Assembly (NCBI GenBank): GCA_963823555.1
Contig: CAWGMA010000002.1
Coordinates: forward strand, 448,001-512,000
Length of the DNA stretch: 64,000 nucleotides
Direction of reading: 5' to 3'
Origin: Candidatus Eiseniibacteriota bacterium
GTDB taxonomy: Bacteria; Eisenbacteria; RBG-16-71-46; CAVPCR01
A program made the position numbers and the translations under genes. The notes beneath the pieces were generated by a model that had not been told where the DNA came from, searched no databases, and was given only the letters and a program-made list of their open reading frames with translations. This document shows, in pieces, positions 50,031 through 59,929 of this stretch. The first letter of the stretch is position 1. Each line of letters opens with the position of its first letter.

Positions 50031-51685
50031 TCAGAAGTCCTTCTGCAAGTTGGCGGAGTAGTAGCGGCTCCGCGGCCCGTTCTGCTGCTCCACCTGCTGC
50101 GTGCTCAGGAGCACGCGGAACTCACGGGGCAGCCAGAAACCCAGATCGAAACCAAAGAGTCTCTCCTCGCTCTCGAAGGACCGCAAGCGGGAACGCCGGC
50201 GCTCCCAGTTCGCCGCCAGCGTGACCTCGCGCGTGGCGGTCCATGAGGCGTTGAGGCTGGTGACGTTGTCCACGCGGATGACGAGCCCCTCGGCCGTATC
50301 GCGCCGGTGGGACGCCACGAAGCTGAAGTTCTGCGTCGGGTTGTAGCCGAGCAGGAGGTCCCACTGCCGCGTGCCCTGGCGCAGCCCGGCGAAGTCGGGC
50401 TGGGAGAGACGCGTCCAGGTGATGTCGAAGCGCGTCGTGGGTACCGGTACCGTGCGCAGCTGGAGGAGCTGGCGCGACTGATCGCGGCGGATATCGGTGC
50501 TGCTGTCCCGCTGGTAGCTCGCCTCGGCCCGACCGGCCATGCCGCGGAGGATGGGTCCGTCCAGCATGGCATAGACCGAGTTGGTCGGGATCCCGGCTCG
50601 GTTCTCCGAGCTGTCCTTGATCCGCTCCGTCCTCCGGAAGCCGGCCAGGAGCTCGACGCGCCGCCAGACCTGGTCACGGAATGTCGTCTCGAAGCGCAGG
50701 TAGTCGGCGATCAGGCGCCCTTGCACCTCGTTCGTCTGCCGGTAGTCGCGGGCCAGCTGGAAGGTGAGCGGCACGATCGGCTGGTACTGGACGCCGGCGC
50801 TCAGGAAGGTCTCATCGGTATCGATGGGCAGGGGGAAGGCGTTGTCATCGGTGGACTGCCAGCGCTGGAGGGCGGTTCCGAAGAGGGAGACCGAGCGCGC
50901 GGGACGCCAGTTGAGGGCCGCATTGATGCGATGGGCCTCGAGATCGCGGCGTCGCTCGCGGGCGCTGAAGTCGCTCAAGAGGACATCGTAGTCGGCGCTC
51001 AGACTCACTCGCCTGATCGTCGGTCCGGCCCCGGACTCCGGCGCGCAGCTCCTCGGTGACCTGATCGACGCCGTTGGGCCGCCGGTCATCCGCGTCGATG
51101 CGCCGGAGGCCCACGAATCCGCCCACGTCGTCGGTGCCATAGGAGAGTTCCGCGCGACGGTCGTCGTTGGCCGAGGGGCCGAGGCCGATCTCGCGCTCGC
51201 GGTGCTGCCATTCGGCAAAGAGGTTGGGAAGATTGCGGGGCGTGACCCGGACATTGATGTAACCGAAACGCTCCTTGGCCGGGTCGGGGCCCGGCGACAC
51301 CTCTTGCCACGGTGTGAACTGACCTTCGAGGCGCCAGGTCTGGGCGATCAGCTCCCCCTGGAATCGGTAGCGGAAGACATCGCCGTCACTCACTCCCAGC
51401 TCGCTCAGGTAGCGCAGGAACGCGCGCAGCCTGAGGTCGAGCCCGGCCGGGGGTCGTGCCCCGCGTCCACATGTCGAGCTGATGCTGCATGGTGTCGATG
51501 GTCTGATCGCCGAAGATCGTCGTGCCCGTGAGATCGTTGCGTGTGATGGACCCGATGTAGCGACCGTCGATCTCCATCCCCCTGGCGGGCAGCGCGACCA
51601 TCGCGACCAGCGAGGAGCAGGCGCAGATCACGAGCGGGATCGCGATCTTCCTTCCCGGTGCGCTCCATCGCCGGCCTGGCATCAT
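50031..51685 (-). CDS. Outer-membrane beta-barrel (frameshifts at ~51450 and ~51020)
   Basis: Signal peptide; alternating amphipathic strands; C-terminal 'YYSANLQKDF' beta-signal; pieces in ORFs 51386-51928, 50845-51393 and 50031-51254. Confidence 0.75.
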
Positions 51686-51689
51686 GGGA

Positions 51690-52871
51690 TCAGTACCCGA
51701 TCTCGATCCCGCCCGGTTCACCCGAGGCCGGCCGGTGGACGTTGAACCCGGTGGCGCTCGAATAGTCGCGGCCGTGGCAGTCGTGGCAGCCCTGGGTCGC
51801 CGAGGCTCTGTGTGCGCCTCCTGGTCCGAGATCGCGTTCATGACGATGCCCTCGACCGTCTCCGAGTCCCGGGATGCCGTCCGCCGGGATGTGGCAGCCG
51901 AAGCAGAAGCGGCGGTTCTGCTCGGCATCGCCAGGGTGTCGGTGAGGCCGCTCCAGCCGACGACGCTGATCGCTGATCAGGAAGGCGTTGGGCTGCGACC
52001 CGATTGTTGCCCTTCGGAACCGTGCGGGTTGTGGCAGTCGTAGCAGGGCAGCTTGTCGCCGACCTGGATGTGCGGCCGGCCAGGAGAGGGCGACGTTGGA
52101 GTTGCGACGGATCTGGTGGCCGGCCGACGCTCGCCGTTCAGCCCGCTGTCGTAGTAGTCCTCGATGTAGCGGTTCTCGGTGATCCATCCCGGACGGACCG
52201 TCGGCGCCGTGGCAGGAGAAGCAGAGGCCGTAGCTCGCCGGTGGCGCCCGATCCCGGCGTGGCCGCTGATCCCGCCATAGAGGGCGACCAGGATGTCGCG
52301 CGGGTTCTCGGTGCCGTGCGGGTCGTGGCAGTTGAGGCAGAGGCCCTGCCCGGCCGCGTCCTGGCGCGGCATGTCGGGATCGTGTGGCGTGCGGGGAGAT
52401 CGTAGTGGCCGGCGGCGGTGACCCGCGGGTCGGTGTAGACGACCTCTCCCGGCCAGCGTCCCCGGAACTCGACGCCCGCGCGCCGGATGCCGCCCGCGTT
52501 GGCCTCGAAGTAGCCGGCATCGGGCTCGGTGTCCGGCATGCGGTCGATCTCGCCGAGCGGGTAGTTCGTGGGCCGGGACTGGTGACAGGGGCGGGCGCCG
52601 TCGGCCCAGAAGGCCAGGCGGTTGGTCGTTCTCGGTGAAGAGGTTGCTGGCCGAGGGGGACGCGCCGGCATCAGCCTCGTGGAACGCGTGGCACTGCGTG
52701 CACTCGCCGCGCGTGGGCGATTCGGTCACCTCGCGGAGGACACCGGTGGCGGGATCCCCGTGCGGATCATGGAGGAGTTCCTGTGCCAGTGACCCAGGCG
52801 GTCAATCCCAGGACCGCCGTGAGGACCATGCCGGAAGTGGTCTCACCGGTCGCTTTCATCGGCCGAAGCAT
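51690..52871 (-). CDS. Multiheme cytochrome c, 6 CxxCH plus one atypical site (multiply frameshifted)
   Basis: Across frames: CTQCH, ..ARPCH, CLNCH, CFSCH, CYDCH, CFGCH, CHDCH. Start uncertain. Confidence 0.75.
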
Positions 52872-52977
52872 GTCCCTCGTGGATGTCCTCGGCGACTGCG
52901 ACGATCGCAGGAATGCCACGAGATCAGGTCCGGGCGCCGACCATGGCCGGAGTGTCGGCGCCCGGTCCGAGGACGGG

Positions 52978-53004
52978 GAGCCCGGAGCGCTACCGCCCGG
53001 GCTC
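52978..53004. other. Intercistronic stem-loop after the OmcS-like gene
   Basis: GAGCCCGG...CCGGGCTC inverted repeat. Confidence 0.45.
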
Positions 53005-53021
53005 GTCGACGTCAGGCCGAT

Positions 53022-54130
53022 CTACCAGGGATCGCGGTCGCCACCCTGGCGGTGGCACTGGCGGCAGCTGTTGCGAGCGTCGAGCGCCGTCGTCGCCCTG
53101 CTCCGTCACCGTTCCGGTCCCGACCATGTAGATCAGGCCGAACGCGTTCTGGTTGCCGTGCGACTTGTGGCACGACATGCAGGACGGGGTGAGCTCGGTG
53201 TCGGTGCCGTCGTAGCCGGTGGCCGAGCCGTAGGGCTTCGGCTTCTGGCCGGTCGGCGACATCACCTGAACCTGGTTGCCCTTGGCCGACGAGCGGTGGC
53301 GAGCGAGGAGTGCCCGCCGCCAGCGGCGCCGATGTTGACACCACCGGACGGGTGACGGACGAACTCCTCCGCCGGAGCGCCGATGCCGCCGATCTCGGGA
53401 CCGCCCACGTCACCGTGGAAGTTGGTGTGGCAGTTCTTGCAGCACGTTGGCGTAGGCCGACTTGCTCTGGTCAGGCTCGTTGAACGTGATGGCCCCGACG
53501 CCGTAGTGGTTGGCGTTGGTGCCACCCGAGACGTCCTCGTAGACCCAGGCGCCGAGGTCGTTCGCAGCCTCGACGTCACCGCGGGTGTAGCTGATGCTGG
53601 TGGACGTCCCGCCATCCACGAACAGGTTCCGGTAGCCGCCCTGGGCCGCATGGCTCCGGTCGAGCCGCGGCGTCCGACCGTGAACGGAGTGGCAGTTGGC
53701 GCAGTTCAGGCCATCCGGGTTGGCGAAGGTGCCGCCGGGAGCGATCGTCCGTCGAGCCGAGCGTGTGCCCGGTGGGCGGCGGATACAGGCCGTTCCCGCC
53801 GACCTCGTTCAAGGCGCCCGCCTGCCGGACGTAGCCGTTGCTGTGCGCTTCGAAGACGTCCGGAGCGAACGCCTGCCCGTCGTGACAGCCGAGGCAGAGA
53901 TCGTTGATGTCGTTCCGGAGCAGGTAGTGGTACGGGCCGTCGGCGCAATGGGACCATAGTTGCCCGTGCCGTTCGGGTTGTAGCCGTGCGACTGGCTGTA
54001 GTGCATGACATGGCAGTCCTGAGCAGATCAGGCCGACCCCGAAATGGTAGTCGCCGGCGAAGCCGACGGCGGCGAATGCCACCATGGCCAGCCCGACTCC
54101 CATCGCGGTCAAGAGACGCTTTAGGTTCAC
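53022..54130 (-). CDS. omcS: OmcS-like hexaheme cytochrome c (about 6 frameshifts)
   Basis: GGAGGT RBS, GTG, signal peptide. Reconstructed: DYHFG..CSDCHVMH, CLGCH, GHTL..APGGT..LNCANCHSVHG, GGYRNL, CKNCHTNFH, RHP, CMSCHKSHG, CRQCH. Symbol indicates homology only. Confidence 0.78.
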
Positions 54131-54165
54131 GTGAACACCTCCTGGTGGAGAAACCCGTCCCACCC

Positions 54166-55225
54166 TCAGGGCTCGGCCGTCGCCGAGTCCTCCGGATTGG
54201 ACGGAAGGCCAGAGAGTTCCAGGTTGATGACCTGACAGCGGGCACCAGCCCGTTCCAGGACCACCAGCTGGTCCTCGGCCAGAAATGCGCAAGCGGCCGG
54301 GTAGTAGAACTCGCCGGGTCCCTCGCCATAGCCCCCGATGCGCCCGCGATACCCGCCCCGGGAATCGAAGATGCTGATCGAGTGCCGGATCGTATCGGTG
54401 ACCCAGAGGGTGCTCTCCGGGCCATAGACGGCGTGGACCGCCATCGAGAACGTGCCGTCGCCGTCGCCGTGCTCTCCGAACTGGGCGAGGAGCGAGCCAC
54501 CGATCGTGTAGACCGAGATCTGGTACTTGGCCTTGGGGTCGGTGATCGCGATCTCGGTTTCGTCCGGGTTCACGGCAATGGCGATGGGGCCGATCCAGGC
54601 GCCGGTGTCCGTCTCGGGGAAGCCGAGCTGCCCCACGAAACTTCCATCGTGCTCCAGGATCATGACGCCCGAGCGAGCGCCCGAGCAAAGGAGGTAGATG
54701 CGACCGCTCCTGCCGATCGCGATGGCCGAGGGCCTGGTCTGGCCCTCGAGCTCGGCAGGAAGAGCGGGGTGCAGGATGCCGAGATGCGAGCCGCGGGGGC
54801 TCAGGACCTCGACATCGGCATTGGTGGCATCGACGACGAACATGCGGCCGCGGCGATCCAGGGCGAAGGAGGCGGGGTCGACGATGCCGCCCGACGCGTC
54901 CCATGGGGTCGTAGCGCACGGCGCCGCGCGAGCGCCCCGTCTCGTCGAAGGTGACGATGCGGCTGTTTCCGGTGTCGGAGACGAGGAAGACCCCCCGCGC
55001 CGAGTCGGCGGCGATGCCGCGGGGCCGGCGGAAGACGTCCAGGGCCGAGGGGCCGTAGAAGATGGTCTCGACGGAGCGGATGGAGGGGGCAGCAGAAGAA
55101 GCCTCATCGCCAAGCGCGCCATGCGCGGGGGCGGTGAGGCTCAAGATCGCGAGGAGGGCTCCCAGCGGGAGAAGGAGGCTCTTCGACGCGCGGTGACCCA
55201 AGTCTGCGTTTCCCCTGCCAATCAA
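54166..55225 (-). CDS. NHL-repeat beta-propeller (frameshift at ~54910)
   Basis: Signal-like N-terminus; 'F.RPRGIA.D', 'VSDTGNSRI', 'FGEHGDGDGTF', 'GGYGEGPGEFYYP'. Start uncertain. Confidence 0.85.
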
Positions 55226-55307
55226 AGGTGCAAAGCTCGTTCAACGCAGGAGGCGGGATAGGGAGATACCTGCCTGCATGGCGGCCGAGCGTCTGGAGGG
55301 GGGGCAG

Positions 55308-55323
55308 AGCAACTGCCGGGCCA
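55308..55323 (-). promoter_or_regulatory. Sigma54 (-24/-12) promoter TGGCCCGGCAGTTGCT
   Basis: GG-N10-GC, close to TGGCACG-N4-TTGCW, pointing into the cytochrome operon. Confidence 0.7.
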
Positions 55324-55348
55324 TTCGCCATTTCTGCAAAATCCGATA

Positions 55349-55361
55349 TATCAATCATTTA
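55349..55361. promoter_or_regulatory. IHF binding site
   Basis: TATCAATCATTTA is an exact match to WATCAANNNNTTR, within an AT-rich island. Confidence 0.65.
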
Positions 55362-55752
55362 TGGATTCAATGTGGAGGCTGACCGGACTACTTCTGGACA
55401 CCTTCGACCGCCATGAGAGATTTCCCTGACAAGTTGACAGCCTGTCTACGAGCAATCGCGTGCCCGGGCCTGCTGAACATTTGGACCAGTCCAATCGGAC
55501 AGATGCGCGCCCGGGAGGGATCGGAGCCGCCAGATCGTCAGCTCAAATGCCCGTGCTAGGGGATCTTCAGGAGTGGCCAGACCCCGGGGGCGGCGTGTTT
55601 CCGGGGATTGCTGGCCCTCGCTTTCCGTACCTTCTCAGAGAGAGGACCCGCCAGGCCCGGCCGGAAATCGAGTGGGACCCGCCTCTCCTCGCCCGCGTAT
55701 ACTCGAAGCCGTCCTCGCCCACAGCCCTCACCGCCCTTGAGGAAGCAAGATC

Positions 55753-58591
55753 ATGAAGCCCTCCTCCTTCCGGGTTTCCGTCCTCCTTCTCTTCGCGTTC
55801 TTCCTGACCGCCGCTCCCACCCCGGCGCAGATGCACCAGGGCGGGCACATCCTCGGGCTTGTCGCCGATGACAGCGGCCGGCCGATCGCCGGAGCGCGGG
55901 TCGCGGCGAGTTACGGCCGCCCCGATATGCCGCCCATGCCGCCCCGACTCCGGGTTGGTTGTGACCCGGACCGACCGGGATGGCCGCTATGACCTCGATC
56001 TTCCTTTCCCTGGCTGCTACCTGGTGCACGCCGGTGCCGAGGGTGTGCAGGGTCTCTTCTATCCCGGCGTGCCCGATCCGTGGAGTGCCATCTGTATTCC
56101 GCTCGAGGGGGGAGCCGTGGTGCGGGGGATCGACTTCCGGCTCGGTCCGGCCGGCGCGATCGCCGGCCGCGTCACGGACGAGCGGAGCGGAGCGCCGATC
56201 GCCGGGGCCGTCGTCGCGGCGTGGCCGGCCTTCGATGATTCCACCGGTGGCGGCACCGTGCCTCCGCCCGGTGGCGGCGGGCAGACCCCACCTGGTGGTG
56301 GCGGCGGCTATCCCGAGTTCTCCGGCGGCCGGGCGATCACGGCTCGTGACGGCACCTACCTGATCGAGGGACTTCCCGCCGGCGACTACTTCGTTCGCGC
56401 CGAGGCCGAGGGCCACATCGCAGAATTCTACGATGATGCGCTATTTCCTGATGAGGCGACTCCGGTTGCCGTGACCGCGCCCGGCACGACGAGCGGCATC
56501 GATTTCGCTCTCGGGCGCGGCGGATGCATTCTCGGGCGTGTCGTCGACGCCGCGACCCGCGAGCCGATCGCCGGGGCGGTCGTGGCCCTGGATGGCATGG
56601 TCTGGCCGGAGCCACCGCCCGGGCCCGAACCGCCGCCCGGGCCCGAACCGCCGCCCGGCCCGGAGCCGCCGCCGCCCGGGCCCGAACCGCCGCCGCCCGG
56701 CCCGGAACCTCCGCCCTTGCCGCCGACCGAGCCAGAGCCGGGCGAAGGCGGTGTCGTGTATCCGGAGCAGGTGCACGCGATCACGGGGCCCGACGGCACC
56801 TACGAGCTATGCGGCCTCGCCCCCGGCGATTACTTCCTCCACGCGCGGGCACGCGGCTACCTCGTCGAGTTCTACAACGAGGCTGCTTGCCGCCGCGATG
56901 CGGATCCGATCTCGGTGCCTCGCGACGGCGATGTGACGGGCGTCGACTTCACGCTCGATCGCGGCGGGCGCATCGAGGGCACCATCTTCGCCGATCGCGG
57001 ATTCGCGCCCGGGGCCTGGGTGCATGCCTATCCGGCGCGGACGGACTCCACCTTCCCCGAGCCCTTGCCGCCCGAGCCGTGGCCGCCGCTCGAGTGCGGT
57101 CCAGTTCACGGCGGCCGCGCGATCGCCGATTCGTCCGGCCACTACGTGATCGCTGGGCTCGCCTCGGGGGACTATCTCGTCCTGGCCGAGCTCCCCGGCT
57201 ACCTGCCGACGTTCCACGGCGGGGGGCAGGATCCGGGCGCGGCGACACCGGTCACCGTGACGGCGCCGGATGCCACGACCGGTATCGACATCCAGCTCGA
57301 ACGCGGTGGCGTCCTCTCCGGTGTCGTCCGCGACCAGGAAAACGGAGCGCCGATCGCCCGCGCGTGGGTCGAGCTCTATTTGCCCACCATGGGGCCCGGC
57401 TATCCCGGCGGCCCCACCTACCCGAGCGATCCGCCTTACCCCGGTGACCCATCGCTGCCCGGCGACCCCGATCATCCCGACTGGCCGCCATGGGGCGGTC
57501 CGCTCCCCGGTCCCTTCGCCGCGCCGACCGACGAGCGCGGCGCCTACCGCATCGAGGGGATTCCGAGCGGCGAGTACATCGTCTTCGCCTCAGCCTTCGA
57601 GCAAGGCTATGAGCCCGAGTTCTTCCGCGAGGCGCGCTCGCCCGAGACGGCGACCCCGGTCGCGGTCCGTGCCCCGGGCGAGACGCCGGACATCGATTTC
57701 ACGCTCTCCCGCACCCGGCCCGGGGAGGGTGGACTCGGCGGACGAGTCGTCGCTGCGGAGAGCGGTGAGCCGCTCGCGAGCGCGGTCGTGGTCGCGATCT
57801 CGCTCGCCGGTCAGGCCGGCTTCGGGGTCAGCGATTCGACCGGGTTCTACTGGATCCCGGCGCTCGGCGCCGGCGAGTACTTCGTGCTCGCTGCAGCCCC
57901 CGGACGCCTGGGCGAGTTCTACGACGGCGTCACGAGCTGGGAGTACGCCACCCCCGTCTTCGTACGGGAGCCGGTCTCGGGGATCGACTTCTCGCTCGAT
58001 CTCCTCGTCGCCGGACCCGGCGTCATCACCGGCCGGGTGGTCGATGCGGGCGGCGGCGGTGTGGCTCAGGCCTGGGTCTACGCCGAGCCGATCGACCAAG
58101 GATCACCCGGGTTCACCACCAGCGGGTCCGACGGCCGTTACACGCTCGCCGGGCTCGCGGCCGGCACCTACTTCGTGCGCGCGACACGACCCGGCATGAG
58201 CGACGGCTATCACACGAACATGCCGGACCAGCCGGCGGCGATTGCAGTGGCGGGGACCCCGCTCTCGGGAGTCGACATCGTCCTCGGCCAGGGCGTGCCG
58301 CCCGCCGGCGGTTCGGTTCGTCTCGAGCCGAGCGTGCCCAATCCGTTCCGCGACGAGACCGCGATCCGGGTCACGGTCGAGAGCGGCGGCGTGCCGCTCA
58401 GCGTCGACATCGTTGACGTCACCGGCCGGCTCGTCAGGCGCTACCAGGTAGCGCAGGCGACGATGGGCACGAACTCAGTCGTCTGGGACGGCAAGGACTC
58501 GGCGGGCCGGCTGGCCCCGAGCGGGGTGTACGTCTGCCGCGCCACGGCAAACGGCAAGGTGGTGACCGGGCGCCTCGTGCTGCTCCGGTGA
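55753..58591 (+). CDS. Secreted protein with tandem carboxypeptidase-regulatory-like (Cna-B-like) repeats and FlgD-Ig CTD (frameshift at ~55940)
   Basis: Signal peptide in ORF 55753-55992; about 7 repeats of 'G.I.GRV.D..G.PIAGA.V...GxY...EFY...GIDF.L'; CTD. Confidence 0.85.
56606..56717 (+). repeat. In-frame 18/21-bp tandem repeat encoding (PEPPPG)3(PEPPPPG)2PEPPP
   Basis: Read directly from the sequence. Confidence 0.85.
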
Positions 58592-58634
58592 TTCCCCGGG
58601 TGGCTCCGGTTCCCGACTGCGCTATGATGGGGCG

Positions 58635-59840
58635 GTGGACCCATCGACCATGAAGCCACCGCCCCATCTCGTTGCCCCGCCGCGCGACGACGCCGAGCTC
58701 TCGGCCCTCCTCGACGTGCTCGCGCGAGTCTTCAACTTTCCGCGCGAGTACGCCAATCATTACGTCGAGCACCTCGGTCGTGAGAACATGCGCGTGCTCC
58801 GCGCTGATGGTGTCGTGGCCGGTGGGCTGGCGCAGCTCCCCATGGCGCAGTACTACGGCGGACGGAGCGTCCCGATGGCGGGGATCGCCGTCGTCGGCGT
58901 GTCGCCGGCGGCACGGAGCTCGGGCGGGGCCACCGCCCTCATGCGTGCCACCCTCGAGGACCTGCGCGCGCGCCGGATCGCCCTCTCGGTCCTCTATCCG
59001 GCCACCGTGCCGCTCTACCGGCGGGTGGGTTACGAGTTCGCGGGGAGCCGCTACGAGATTCGCCTCATCCTCCGCCAGCTCCATCTCCGCGATCGCGGCC
59101 ATGCGATCCGACCCATCACCGACGCTGATGCGGCAGCGGTCGAGGCCATCTACGAGAAGCATGCGCGGAACACCGCTGGCTTCATCGATCGCTCGGCCTT
59201 CATCTGGCGGCGCGTGCGCGCGCCGCGCTGGGAACCGGCCGAAGGCTATCTCGCCGTGAATCCGGCGACCGGCGAGGCCGAGGGCTACGTCTACTATCAG
59301 CGCAAGGAGAGCCCGGAAGCCGCATACCTGCTCCAGCTCTCGGACATCGTTGCACTCACGCCCGCTGCCGGCCGGCGCCTCCTGAGCTTCCTCGCCGACC
59401 ACCGCTCGATGGCCGATCTCGCGATCTACGCCGGGAGCGCCTGCAATCCCCTCATCCGCCTCCTGCCGGATCGCGCGTCCCCGGTGCGGCTCTTCGATCA
59501 CTGGATGCTTCGCCTCGTCGATCTCGAGCGCGCGCTCGAGGAACGCGGCTATCCGGCGGGCCTGGCGGCCGAGATCCATCTCGAGGTCGCCGATGACGTG
59601 CTCGCAGCGAACAGCGGGCGGATGGTGCTCACGGTAACGGACGGGCGGGGGAGCGTGCGCGAGGGTGGCCGGGGCGAGATCCGCGTCGATATCCGCGGCC
59701 TCGCCGCGCTCTACACCGGGCATGCGACACCCTGGGAGGTCGCAGCCGCGGGCCAGCTCACGGCAATCGCCGAGGCTCCGCTCGCCCTTCTCGCTGCCGC
59801 CTTCGCCGGCCCGGCGCCCGCGATGCCCGACTTCTTCTAG
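58635..59840 (+). CDS. Eis-like GNAT acetyltransferase with SCP2-like C-terminus
   Basis: 'GIAVVGVSPAAR', 'SVLYPATVPLYRRVGYE'; C-terminal 'PDFF'. Confidence 0.88.
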   Translation: MDPSTMKPPPHLVAPPRDDAELSALLDVLARVFNFPREYANHYVEHLGRENMRVLRADGVVAGGLAQLPMAQYYGGRSVPMAGIAVVGVSPAARSSGGATALMRATLEDLRARRIALSVLYPATVPLYRRVGYEFAGSRYEIRLILRQLHLRDRGHAIRPITDADAAAVEAIYEKHARNTAGFIDRSAFIWRRVRAPRWEPAEGYLAVNPATGEAEGYVYYQRKESPEAAYLLQLSDIVALTPAAGRRLLSFLADHRSMADLAIYAGSACNPLIRLLPDRASPVRLFDHWMLRLVDLERALEERGYPAGLAAEIHLEVADDVLAANSGRMVLTVTDGRGSVREGGRGEIRVDIRGLAALYTGHATPWEVAAAGQLTAIAEAPLALLAAAFAGPAPAMPDFF

Positions 59841-59929
59841 CAGGCGGTGCTCGCCCACGCCCGATTTCGCGGGCCTCGCGCGGCGTTCTTTCCTGGTCCA
59901 GCCGGCCGGCCGCGCCTATAATGCGCCCC

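Noticed and set aside
44969..54130. MtrCAB/PioAB-type conduit
   Set aside because: No decaheme MtrA-sized gene lies next to the barrel. Gene content fits an OmcS-type cluster better.
53576..55225. 549-aa ORF apparently fusing NHL and cytochrome sequence
   Set aside because: Chimera produced by frameshifts. The cytochrome has its own RBS, start codon (54130) and signal peptide.
56606..56717. Tandem repeats as a possible CRISPR array
   Set aside because: No spacers; an in-frame Pro-rich coding repeat; no cas genes.
58635..59840. Aminoglycoside resistance call for the Eis-like GNAT (and the nucleotidyltransferase at 6696-7463)
   Set aside because: Family membership alone does not establish substrate, and there is no mobile-element context.
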